Below, in pieces: positions 9,794 to 19,217 of a stretch of 62,808 nucleotides of DNA. The stretch is taken from positions 1 to 62,808 of the IMG/VR virus record IMGVR_UViG_3300044568_000638; one strand, written 5' to 3'. The first letter of the stretch is position 1. Each line of letters opens with the position of its first letter. Source of the DNA: a virus. Lineage: Duplodnaviria; Caudoviricetes. The notes under the pieces were generated by a model. It did no database searches, had not been told where the DNA came from, and saw nothing but the letters and a program-made list of their open reading frames with translations. The position numbers were made by a program, and so were the translations under genes.

Positions 9794-11899
9794 ATGAAAT
9801 CAGCACAAATCACATCAGGAAGACAAGAAAAAACTTCCGCTGGATGGTTGCGTGGAGTTAATTCTATGCGAAATCCTTGGGCGTTACCTAATGACCAAGT
9901 AAAATGGGCTGTTAATGCTCAGTTCCGAGGTGGTGTTGTCCAGACTAGGCCGGGTCAAAAAATGAAGCTATCTCTTCCAGCCGGGAATTTTCAAGGCGGA
10001 ATTCTTTTTCTTTCAAATAAGCAATATAAAGCAGCAGACGGAACTAATCCACCACAGATTTTTGACGTTAATGGCGAAGGCGTTGAAGAAATAGAAATTC
10101 CATACATGGTATTTGCTGTAAATGGTAAAGTCTATTGGAGTCCATTTCCACTTGTTCAACCTAAATCATGGGTTCCATACCAACTTTCAGGAGTTTCTAT
10201 TGATCCAAACGTAAAACAATGTGTTTTTACATTAGCAACAAAATCTGCTAATATTTCTACTGGTGGTGATGTTTCAATTACTCCATCTCATCGTGTTTTA
10301 TTTATTCAGGATGGTATTTCTGCTCCTGTTTACTGGGATGGAAGTAACACAACGGGAGTTCAATCGTCATCAATTCCAACTGGAACATGGATGGCGTATT
10401 CTGGAAATAGGTTGTGGGTTGCAAGTGGAAATATTGTTTTAGCATCTGATCTTGGTGATCCTACATCATGGCAAGAACGCATAACTGGAACCGGCAGAGG
10501 TGACTTTTCTTTTACTCGTCCTGTAACAGCATTAGCTGATTATATTGGGCAAAACAACGACCAGAAACTTTATGTATTTACGGATCGTTCAACATATGCT
10601 CTATCAAGTGGGATTTTAGATAGAACGCAATGGGCAACTACTGCAAACTTTCAAACTATATTATTTCCAAATGTAGGTTGCATAGCTGGAAAATCTATTA
10701 CTTTTCAAGCTGGTCAGATGTGGTGGTTTTCACAAGGAGGGCTTGTTTCTGCTGACGTTGCTGGTAACGCTTATTTGTCATCTCAAGTTCTTTACAAGGA
10801 CGTTGAAATGGTTAGAGCAAAAGCATACATGGCTGGAGATCAAACTGGCATTTGTGCTACATCTTTTGAAAACTACTTGTTATATAGCATTCCATACCTT
10901 GAACCTATAAATTCAGCTACAATGGTAATGGATTGGGCGGCAGCTTCGGAAATTAATCAACAACGAACTCCAGCGTGGTGTGGATTATGGACAGGAACAA
11001 GACCTATTGAATGGACTACAGGAATAGTTGGAGGACAATCTAGATGTTTTCATTTTAGTGTTGATTATTCTGCAACTGGAGACGGATCTTACATTTCACT
11101 TTGGGAATCATTCATGTCAAATCGAGTTGATTCATATTTGAGCATTAATGCAGATGGTACAACAACTGATCTATTCAATCGAATTTACGGACAAGTTGAG
11201 ACTGCGCTTTTGGGTGATGGCATGGATTACAAACAGTTTGTGTATGCTGAACTTGAATGCTGTGAGATCGGTGGCACAGTTGACGTTAAAACGTCTTACA
11301 GGGGTTCTAAAGGAAAATACCAATCAATACTAAATACTAGAGTTCTTGCCGTAACTGAAAATTACCAATGGGAAAACACACCAGTTGCTCCAGAAGTTGA
11401 AAATTTAGGGTTTCTTAACACGCAATATCGTCGATTAATTACTGAATCAACAACGCGAAATGCGGATTCATTAACGTGCGAATCTAAACTTACAACAGAC
11501 ATTGACAAAGCATTTTCTATACTTATTGAATGGTGTGGAGAGTTTGGACTAGAAACAATCCGTATGTTTCAAGACCCGTGGAGTGAAAGGTCAACTGGAG
11601 TTCCACAAACAGATGAGGAATTATCTTGTGTTGTTGCTCAAGATGGAACAGCATTGTTAGTTGATTTATTTCAAAGCCCATATGAAACACAGGACACAAA
11701 AATACAAGCTTGGAATGCAAAAGTTTATCAAAGTGTATCATTGCTATGCAATCAACCTTTGATTTCAGTTACAGCAACTGCATCCGCTTCATTTTTATCA
11801 AATATTTCCTTTGTTCATGCTGAAGAACAAGCAACAATACTAGCTGAACAAGCTGCTCGTTCAGCAGCACAACAATACATTTTGCAAAACCCTTGTTGA
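9794..11899 (+). CDS. Tail tubular B / nozzle (P22 gp10-like beta-propeller)
   Basis: 701 aa beta-rich, N...F.GGVVQTRPG, YSGNRLWVA, synteny. Confidence 0.7.
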   Translation: MKSAQITSGRQEKTSAGWLRGVNSMRNPWALPNDQVKWAVNAQFRGGVVQTRPGQKMKLSLPAGNFQGGILFLSNKQYKAADGTNPPQIFDVNGEGVEEIEIPYMVFAVNGKVYWSPFPLVQPKSWVPYQLSGVSIDPNVKQCVFTLATKSANISTGGDVSITPSHRVLFIQDGISAPVYWDGSNTTGVQSSSIPTGTWMAYSGNRLWVASGNIVLASDLGDPTSWQERITGTGRGDFSFTRPVTALADYIGQNNDQKLYVFTDRSTYALSSGILDRTQWATTANFQTILFPNVGCIAGKSITFQAGQMWWFSQGGLVSADVAGNAYLSSQVLYKDVEMVRAKAYMAGDQTGICATSFENYLLYSIPYLEPINSATMVMDWAAASEINQQRTPAWCGLWTGTRPIEWTTGIVGGQSRCFHFSVDYSATGDGSYISLWESFMSNRVDSYLSINADGTTTDLFNRIYGQVETALLGDGMDYKQFVYAELECCEIGGTVDVKTSYRGSKGKYQSILNTRVLAVTENYQWENTPVAPEVENLGFLNTQYRRLITESTTRNADSLTCESKLTTDIDKAFSILIEWCGEFGLETIRMFQDPWSERSTGVPQTDEELSCVVAQDGTALLVDLFQSPYETQDTKIQAWNAKVYQSVSLLCNQPLISVTATASASFLSNISFVHAEEQATILAEQAARSAAQQYILQNPC

Positions 11900-11900
11900 T

Positions 11901-12236
11901 ATGCCAAGTATTATTGACGCTTCATTAAAGATAACAGAATTCCCAAATAGATTTGTATCTCCATTTAAGGATGATCCAATAATTCCACTTTATTCATCAG
12001 TACCAATAAAAAACAACATAAAAGGATGTGTTCCATGTGTTGTGTGTGGTAATTTTTATGAAAGAAACAAAATAATACAGCAAGAAGCGGATAGGTTTAA
12101 AGATTATCTACCATATGAAAGTGAAATAACTGTAGGTATTTCTCAAACTGTATTGCCGCCGCCACCGCCACCGCCACCGCCACCACCACCGCCACCGCCT
12201 GCTGATTTGTATGTATTGTTTGTTAATTGGGAGTAA
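11901..12236 (+). CDS. Small CxxCxxC protein with 15-Pro run
   Basis: GCVPCVVC; ccg/cca run at 12156-12200. Confidence 0.65.
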   Translation: MPSIIDASLKITEFPNRFVSPFKDDPIIPLYSSVPIKNNIKGCVPCVVCGNFYERNKIIQQEADRFKDYLPYESEITVGISQTVLPPPPPPPPPPPPPPPADLYVLFVNWE

Positions 12237-12238
12237 TT

Positions 12239-13519
12239 ATGATTTTAAATAGCTCATTAAAAGAACAAATACACAATATTTTTATTTCCAAAAAAGACAC
12301 TGGAATAAATAGTGTTTATATTGGTTACAAATATGTAAATGGTGTTAAAACAAATGAAATAGGTCTTGTTTTTGGTGTAAATAAAAAGATTTTAGAATCA
12401 GATTTACCAAAAGATTATATACTTCCAAAGCAAATTAATTTAAATGGGAATAATGTAAAAACAGATGTGGTTGTAACTCCTGAAGTTAAATTAATGTCAT
12501 GTTATCCATCAGGTGATCCAAATATAACAAGACTTTTATCCGTTCCAGAAGCACCAACTCCATTAAAAGGAGGAATGCTGATAAGGCAATTTCCTACAGG
12601 GTGGGTGCGTGACCCTATTAATCCTAACGCATATAGTTTTAATGTTGGAACACTAGGTTTTTTTGCAAAAGATAACATAGATGGAAGAGTTGTTGGTGTT
12701 ACAAATAGACACGTTGCTGTTTATAATGGTGAAATTGCAGGAGAAGCGGATCTTAATCAGCAATTAAATAACCCAGATAATACTGGTGAAAAAATAACAT
12801 GGATTGTTGATAGTCAAAAATATCTTCCAAGCGCATCAATTTCTGCTGGAGTTTCGTTTAATACTATTGCATTTGAGGGGATTAAAAGATATACTCCTTT
12901 TTATTATAGTCAACCAAATTATACTGATTCAGCTTTAATTATTCCAAAACTAGGATACGTTGATAATAATTCATATCAAGTATGGCAACCTATAGATCAA
13001 CCAACTTACCCAACATCATTGCCGTTTGCAACAACAGAAGAATTAGATGGAATTCTTATTTCAAATCCTAAAGTATATTGTACTGGAGTTACAAGTGGGC
13101 CTATTGGATGGGGAACTGGTAATTGTAGTATAAATATACTTGGAATTGGTTATAGCACTGTTATATCTTTAAATGGTAAAAACACAACTTGGTCAGATCA
13201 AATAACTATGCAAACACCATTAGGAATTACTCCACTGGCTTCTGGTGATTCTGGATCTTGCGTTATGGCTGATATTGGTGGTGTTAAAAAAATAATTGGA
13301 TTATTCTTTGCTGGAAATAATGATTTTGCTGTATTTAATAGAATTGACAAAGTTGCGAATGAGATGAACATATCTGCGTTTACAACACCAATAGATACAT
13401 CAATACCATCATTAAAGCTTTATTCAGCTTCATTGTCTGAATATGGAAATTCTAAAACAATTTCTGTAAATGGAAAAACATATTATCAATCTGGATTAAC
13501 AAAAAATATTTATACATAA
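12239..13519 (+). CDS. Trypsin-like (PA clan) serine protease
   Basis: GTLG, TNRHV (His), DSA (Asp), GDSGS (Ser), IIGLFFAG. Confidence 0.8.
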   Translation: MILNSSLKEQIHNIFISKKDTGINSVYIGYKYVNGVKTNEIGLVFGVNKKILESDLPKDYILPKQINLNGNNVKTDVVVTPEVKLMSCYPSGDPNITRLLSVPEAPTPLKGGMLIRQFPTGWVRDPINPNAYSFNVGTLGFFAKDNIDGRVVGVTNRHVAVYNGEIAGEADLNQQLNNPDNTGEKITWIVDSQKYLPSASISAGVSFNTIAFEGIKRYTPFYYSQPNYTDSALIIPKLGYVDNNSYQVWQPIDQPTYPTSLPFATTEELDGILISNPKVYCTGVTSGPIGWGTGNCSINILGIGYSTVISLNGKNTTWSDQITMQTPLGITPLASGDSGSCVMADIGGVKKIIGLFFAGNNDFAVFNRIDKVANEMNISAFTTPIDTSIPSLKLYSASLSEYGNSKTISVNGKTYYQSGLTKNIYT

Positions 13520-13524
13520 AATAT

Positions 13525-13911
13525 ATGAAACCCAAAATAGATTATAAACTTGTCCGCGCTGGAACAAACGAATTCTTAGAATTAGTTGATTTTGCCGAGG
13601 AATTTGAACATTCAATTATAGAACATCCAAATGTTAATGTATATGCTCATTATTCTAATGGAAAACTATTTGGATACTCTGACCATGTGTATCTTCCAAC
13701 GGTTTATCCAGCCTTTCACCCAAAACACACACGTCCACAAGATGTTATTCAAGTAATGAGTGACTGGAGATCACATACGCAACTTTCTGGATCTCCCGGA
13801 TATATCGGGGTTCCATTAATTAATGATCGTCCTAGCTTTACTAATGATGTTATGTTAAAATTAGGTTTGACTAAAATGGATAGAGAAGTTTACTCTATGA
13901 CTAATTTTTAA
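13525..13911 (+). CDS. Putative GNAT-fold acyltransferase (T7 gp13-like position)
   Basis: 128 aa, GKLFGY strand, C-terminal KLGL, immediately before ejection proteins. Confidence 0.45.
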   Translation: MKPKIDYKLVRAGTNEFLELVDFAEEFEHSIIEHPNVNVYAHYSNGKLFGYSDHVYLPTVYPAFHPKHTRPQDVIQVMSDWRSHTQLSGSPGYIGVPLINDRPSFTNDVMLKLGLTKMDREVYSMTNF

Positions 13912-13913
13912 TT

Positions 13914-14855
13914 ATGGGTGGAGCAAAAACAGTCAACGCAAGCAGCTACATTAGCAAACCTGATTCGTCTAGGGACATAGCTATTCTTATGGCTATGCAG
14001 CAAGCCCAGATGGGGCAGCAAGCACAACAAGCTGCATTGATGAAAGCTGCGTCTGAGATGCCTCCACAGCAACAGACTTATGATCCAATGCAAGAGTCTA
14101 AGCGTCTTGCAGAGATTGGGATGGGTAATATCCAAAGAGCAAGAGAGCTTGAAAAACAAACATCTCCAGCTGCCGCTGCAATGCGTCAAGCTCAAGCTAA
14201 AGAACTAGCTACATTAACTTCTCCAGAAGGAACTAATCAATACATTAATGAATGGGCTAAACGCCAAGGACTTATTCAAGGCTTTGAAACTGGTTTACAA
14301 GATTCAAGTATTGGAAGATCTGCAACATATGATTCCGCATTAAAAGCAAGGCAAAACTACGAACAACAAAATCTAGCATTGCAACAACAGTTGTTGCAGC
14401 AAATGCAAGCCCCAGTTGGTGGAATTGATCCAACATCATCTATTGCTGCCCAAGAATCCGTTAAAGGTCAAAACTTGCAATCAATGCAAAATTGGCAAAA
14501 TGCAATGTATGGTAATGTTGGTGGATACAATCAATCTGTAGCTGACCAAATGGCGCAAATTGGAACTGCCTTCCAAAATACACAGCAGACAGCAGGGCAA
14601 AATCAGCAAAATTATCAAAATGCAATGATGCAAAATCAAGCTCAAAACTATGCAGCCAAGAATGCAATGAATTCAGCATATTTACAAGCTGCTGGAAGTG
14701 TTGCTCAAGGAGCAATTAGTGGGGCTGCTGGAGCTTATGGTGGAGCTGGAACTGGAGGATTTGGATCACAATCAGAAATGTTAAAACATACTGCACCCGG
14801 AACAACTGGGTCATATAATGCTGGAATGGGATGGGTTCCCCGTGCTGCTGTATAA
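13914..14855 (+). CDS. Ejection/internal virion protein 1
   Basis: Gln/Ala-rich helical, MGG start, Gly/Ala hydrophobic tail. Confidence 0.7.
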   Translation: MGGAKTVNASSYISKPDSSRDIAILMAMQQAQMGQQAQQAALMKAASEMPPQQQTYDPMQESKRLAEIGMGNIQRARELEKQTSPAAAAMRQAQAKELATLTSPEGTNQYINEWAKRQGLIQGFETGLQDSSIGRSATYDSALKARQNYEQQNLALQQQLLQQMQAPVGGIDPTSSIAAQESVKGQNLQSMQNWQNAMYGNVGGYNQSVADQMAQIGTAFQNTQQTAGQNQQNYQNAMMQNQAQNYAAKNAMNSAYLQAAGSVAQGAISGAAGAYGGAGTGGFGSQSEMLKHTAPGTTGSYNAGMGWVPRAAV

Positions 14856-14858
14856 TTT

Positions 14859-15626
14859 ATGAAACGACCAGATCCAACATTTAGTTTACAAGGATGGTTG
14901 AATCAATCAAAAGCTCAAATGGGAGCTTTACAGAACCAAGCTAATTCGCTTCGCGCTTTTTCATCACAGGCTCCAGCAATGCAGTCTTTTGATGCCGCTA
15001 AAACGTCTCAACAGGCATCTGAGTTTGGAATGGATAACATCCAAACCTCTAAAGAATTTGAACGCTTACTTAATCCAGAAACTGCTAAAATGCGTCAAGG
15101 ATTGGGAGATCGTGTCGCTGAAGCTACTAATCTTGATGCTACAAAAAAGTGGATGGATCAATGGGCGATTAAAAGTGGACTAGGAAGTGATAGCCTTATT
15201 GGACGTTCCGCTATTTACGATCAAGCGACACAGGAAGGAAGACAAGCTAAATTACAGAACTTGCAAATCCAACAAGGGTATTTGTCACAAACTCCATCTC
15301 CTATTGGTGGACTTGATCCAGCATCTATTATTGCAGCAGAACAAGCCGCGAAAGCTCAGAATCTGCAATCAATGCAACAATATCAAGGAAACGTGATGCA
15401 GGGATCACAACAATTAAATCAATCGACAACAGATTGGATTAATAGTAACCTTGGTCAGTTGCAGAAAATAAATCAAGTTGATCAGCAGAATCAATCTAAT
15501 TACGAGCAAGCAATGTTGAAGCAAGCGCAACAAATGGCAGCAAGTGAGAATGCCTCCAAAGGAGCTATGATAACAACTGGAGGAGCTGTTGCTGGAGCAG
15601 CTATTGGTGCGGCAATTATTATATAA
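14859..15626 (+). CDS. Ejection/internal virion protein 2 (paralogue of protein 1)
   Basis: Shares IGRSA.YD and P.GG.DP.S.IAA....K.QNLQSMQ; ends GAAIGAAIII. Confidence 0.7.
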   Translation: MKRPDPTFSLQGWLNQSKAQMGALQNQANSLRAFSSQAPAMQSFDAAKTSQQASEFGMDNIQTSKEFERLLNPETAKMRQGLGDRVAEATNLDATKKWMDQWAIKSGLGSDSLIGRSAIYDQATQEGRQAKLQNLQIQQGYLSQTPSPIGGLDPASIIAAEQAAKAQNLQSMQQYQGNVMQGSQQLNQSTTDWINSNLGQLQKINQVDQQNQSNYEQAMLKQAQQMAASENASKGAMITTGGAVAGAAIGAAIII

Positions 15627-16463
15627 ATGGAACAACTAATAAATAAAACAATAAATAAAATAACAGAATGGAATAAAAGATGGCCTAGAGCAGTAGTTTT
15701 GTGGAGTGGAGGAAAAGACTCCACGGCATTGCTTCATCTTATTAAATTTAAAGCGGGAATTGATCTTCCAGTCATTCAATATCGTGAACCAAAAATGCGA
15801 GAACGATATGCGTATTCTGACAAGCTAATAAAAGATTGGAAGTTGGAAGTGTACGATTATCCACCGAATAGGGTTTCAATTGCTGACGGCCCAGACGTTG
15901 AAACTGGAGAGTTGCGTTTTGACTTTATAAAATATTACCAATGGGGAAAACAATCTGCCGTTTGCCTTTCTCTAGGAACAGAGCGTCCAAAGGATGGAGA
16001 AGATTATTTGTGTGGGCTTACAGACCTATTGCAACGTCCTACAGGAACTTTTAATTGGCCTTGGGGGGCAGTATATATCGGGACAAAATATTCAGATACA
16101 GATTTAATTAAAGGCCATGTACCACTTGCTGTTGATATTCGATATGCTGACGATTCGCCAATGTCGCTTTATCCGCTCCGAGATTGGACTGATAAAGACA
16201 TTTTTCAATATTTGGAAGAAGAAGGAGTAAAACCTGATCCAACACGATACATCAAAAGCTGGGATACTTGGGGAAACAACAAAGACAAATCGCTTAATGC
16301 TGACTTTTATCCAGTTTGCTTTAATTGCATTAACAGACATGAAGGAAAATACGTTGATTGTCCTAAGTTGAATGCTAAAATATCAAACATTTCTCACCTT
16401 GCTCCATACGAGGATTTGGTAAACGAAGACTTAGGTTTTCGTCCTGTTACATGGAACAAGTAG
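15627..16463 (+). CDS. PAPS-reductase-family PP-loop (adenine nucleotide alpha-hydrolase) protein
   Basis: SGGKDS, YPLRDWT..DIF.YL, C-terminal CxxC...C. Confidence 0.85.
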   Translation: MEQLINKTINKITEWNKRWPRAVVLWSGGKDSTALLHLIKFKAGIDLPVIQYREPKMRERYAYSDKLIKDWKLEVYDYPPNRVSIADGPDVETGELRFDFIKYYQWGKQSAVCLSLGTERPKDGEDYLCGLTDLLQRPTGTFNWPWGAVYIGTKYSDTDLIKGHVPLAVDIRYADDSPMSLYPLRDWTDKDIFQYLEEEGVKPDPTRYIKSWDTWGNNKDKSLNADFYPVCFNCINRHEGKYVDCPKLNAKISNISHLAPYEDLVNEDLGFRPVTWNK

Positions 16464-16738
16464 AATTTGACTGTAAGTCATGTGGTGCTTGCTGTGCATT
16501 TAAATGGTCATGGCCTGTTTTTAAGAGAGATAGATCAGATGCAATAAATATTCCAAATGAAATGGTAAGAACTGACTATCCATTAATGGAAACATATAAT
16601 AATAGATGCATTGCGTTAGATGGAAAAGTTGGTGAATCTGTGTGTTGCAAGATATACAATGATAGGCCAAATTCTTGCCGTAAATTTGAACCCGGCAGTG
16701 ATCTTTGCAAAGAAGCAAGAAAAAAACTTTTGACTTAG
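16451..16738 (+). CDS. YkgJ-like CxxCxxCC Zn/Fe-chelating protein
   Basis: CKSCGACC...C..L...CKIYNDRPNSCRKF. Confidence 0.85.
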   Translation: MEQVEFDCKSCGACCAFKWSWPVFKRDRSDAINIPNEMVRTDYPLMETYNNRCIALDGKVGESVCCKIYNDRPNSCRKFEPGSDLCKEARKKLLT

Positions 16739-16820
16739 TTTTAAACAACCATTACACATTGAATTTAAACATCAAATCCCGTGATTTCACAAAATAAACA
16801 AACACTAAAAGGAAAATAAT

Positions 16821-17285
16821 ATGGGAGGCAAGAAAAGCGCACCAAAACCAGAACCTAAACCAAAAATTGATCCAATGATGGTTTATTTGCAACAACAACA
16901 AGTTCAGCAAGCACAGCAAGCCGCTGCTTCTGCTGAAGCTCAACAAAAAGCGTTGATGCAATCGCAAATTCAAGCTGGAGCGCAAGCTGAACTAACTGGC
17001 GAGCAAGCTGCAAAACAAGGATTGGCAACCGCTGAATCAATGCAGTCCATTCGTGACGCAAACGCACTTCAGTCCGCTCAAACGGCTGCATCTACATCAG
17101 GACAACAAGTGACAGGTGGTGGATTTGACGTTAATGCTGCACGTCAGCAGGCTTTAACTAATCTTGGAGCTGGAACATCAATGATTCCACAAACTCCAGC
17201 AAACATTGGTGCAATGGGACAACCCAAAGCAGCTAATATGTTCTCGCTTCCTCAATCATCCGATCTAAAGTTCGGTGGATCTTAA
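16821..17285 (+). CDS. Ejection/internal virion protein 3
   Basis: MGGKKS start, Gln/Ala-rich. Confidence 0.65.
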   Translation: MGGKKSAPKPEPKPKIDPMMVYLQQQQVQQAQQAAASAEAQQKALMQSQIQAGAQAELTGEQAAKQGLATAESMQSIRDANALQSAQTAASTSGQQVTGGGFDVNAARQQALTNLGAGTSMIPQTPANIGAMGQPKAANMFSLPQSSDLKFGGS

Positions 17286-17288
17286 AAT

Positions 17289-19217
17289 ATGGCTATCAGC
17301 TATTCTTCCGAGGGTTATAAGGTAACTCCTCAATTCGCCAATCTTGGCGCATTGCAGGGATTGCAGCCACTAGACGTAACACGGAAGGCTACCTTTGAGC
17401 CTCGTCCACTTGCTCCAATTGAGGTTTATTCATCCCGTCCAGAGCTTGTGGCACAAGGACTAGCTCAAGGCATTCAGTCTGCTGTTAGTGGCGTTACTGA
17501 AGGAATTAAAGCACATTACTCAGAGAAGAGAGAACTGGCTAAGGAAGAAAGGAAATTCCAACAGCAAATTGAGCTTGAAAAAGCAAAACAATCAACTGAA
17601 AATCTTTCTTTCATAAATCAAGAAAGAGTTAAATTAGCAGCAACAAAAGGACTTGAAGCTGATTATAAAGAACAAGATGCTGCTCTTGTTGAAGCTGGAA
17701 GAAGAGTTATGGGCGTTGTTCCTAGTGGCTATAAACAAAAGGAAACTAAAAAAACAAATGAATCTTTTAAACCAGAGCCATTAGATACAGGTAAATCCTT
17801 GTCAAAACAAGGAGCGAGCGTTGATGCTCAAGGCAGAATTATAACAAACGCTACTCCACTTCCGGGCGAAGTAATTTCAACAGCAGAACAACCACTTCAG
17901 GGATTTGCATATCAACGTGAAATGCAAGAAAAAGAACAACAAGAAAACAAAACTCCAACGGAAACTTATGTAGGTGTTGATGATTCTACTATAGCTAAAG
18001 ATAAAGAATTTTTAGACAACTTACAATTAGAAGAAACAAAAGTTACATTTGCACCTCAAGCTCCAGTTGCGCCCCCTGTTGTAATTCAACCAGCGCAACC
18101 CGCTGGACAACCAACTCAAGAATTAACAGGTATTCAGCCAGTTACACCACAAGGTGGAGTTGTTCCTGCTCCAGTTGAATTTAATAGACCAGAACAACCA
18201 AAAGATCCCAAATTACCTCGTGATCTCAGGTCATATGTTTATATGCCAGATGAGTCAAGTAATGCTTATCAATCGGCGGCTGAACTTACTACTCCATATA
18301 GAAAAGTTTCTGTAGAGCAAAATCCAAGAACAAAAGAATATTTCTTAAAACAAGAAGATACTTCGGCAGATGTGCTAAAGATGCAAAGTGAAGCGCAAGC
18401 AATTGGTATAAGTGCAGAAGAGTTGGTGCTTAAAAAGCATCAGAGAGACTTAGCCAATCAAGATCAAGCAAATAAAACATTAGAAGCTAATCGGAAGATT
18501 GTAAAAGAAGATAAATCATATCGTGACTCGTTAAAGGATAGCATAAATAAGCAAGCAAATAAAATAGATTTGATCGAAGATGCAATAACTAGAATTCAAT
18601 CAAACCCTGATCTTGTTGGTATTTATAGTCAATATCTTAGAGGAAAAGAGCCTATTGGTGGATTTAATTATCAAAACATTGCTGCAATTGCAAAAGGTGC
18701 TGGGTATTCTGGCCCAATGGAAAAAATCCAAAAAATTGTAGACATTGAACAAGCTCTTAAATCAATTGAAGCTAATCTTGGTTGGGAAGAGTTTGCAAAA
18801 ATGAAACAATTGTCTCCAACTGGAACAGCTGGAGTTGGTGGTCTGACTGAAGGAGAAAGGCAATCTCTAGAAAGAATTCCCGGATCATTAGACATTACAA
18901 ATTCTTCTGAAAAACTTCTTGGAACTCTTTATAATCTTAGAAATGGATCTATAAAGACTATCACTAACGCTTCAAATGAAGTTGAGTCTGCTGATAAAAC
19001 ATTTAAACGACCAATTTACAATTCACTTAGGATGAATCCAAATGATGAATCTAGGATTAAAATTTTAAGTGATGGACTTGGAAAAGCAACTGAAGAGCAA
19101 AAAACAAACGAAAATTATTTAAATGCTATTGAAGAATTAAAAAATCTTATTAGAAAAAGAGATAGAATTAAAGAGTTTAATGCTGAATTAGGTCAAACTT
19201 TTAGAAATATTAAATGA
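17289..19217 (+). CDS. Ejection/DNA transfer protein (642 aa)
   Basis: Amphipathic GLAQGIQSAVSG, coiled coil, G.GGLTEGE motif, synteny. Confidence 0.6.
   Translation: MAISYSSEGYKVTPQFANLGALQGLQPLDVTRKATFEPRPLAPIEVYSSRPELVAQGLAQGIQSAVSGVTEGIKAHYSEKRELAKEERKFQQQIELEKAKQSTENLSFINQERVKLAATKGLEADYKEQDAALVEAGRRVMGVVPSGYKQKETKKTNESFKPEPLDTGKSLSKQGASVDAQGRIITNATPLPGEVISTAEQPLQGFAYQREMQEKEQQENKTPTETYVGVDDSTIAKDKEFLDNLQLEETKVTFAPQAPVAPPVVIQPAQPAGQPTQELTGIQPVTPQGGVVPAPVEFNRPEQPKDPKLPRDLRSYVYMPDESSNAYQSAAELTTPYRKVSVEQNPRTKEYFLKQEDTSADVLKMQSEAQAIGISAEELVLKKHQRDLANQDQANKTLEANRKIVKEDKSYRDSLKDSINKQANKIDLIEDAITRIQSNPDLVGIYSQYLRGKEPIGGFNYQNIAAIAKGAGYSGPMEKIQKIVDIEQALKSIEANLGWEEFAKMKQLSPTGTAGVGGLTEGERQSLERIPGSLDITNSSEKLLGTLYNLRNGSIKTITNASNEVESADKTFKRPIYNSLRMNPNDESRIKILSDGLGKATEEQKTNENYLNAIEELKNLIRKRDRIKEFNAELGQTFRNIK

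Noticed and set aside
15627-16463. cysH auxiliary metabolic gene
   Set aside because: No ECGLH-type terminal motif or sulfur pathway context; sits in ejection module
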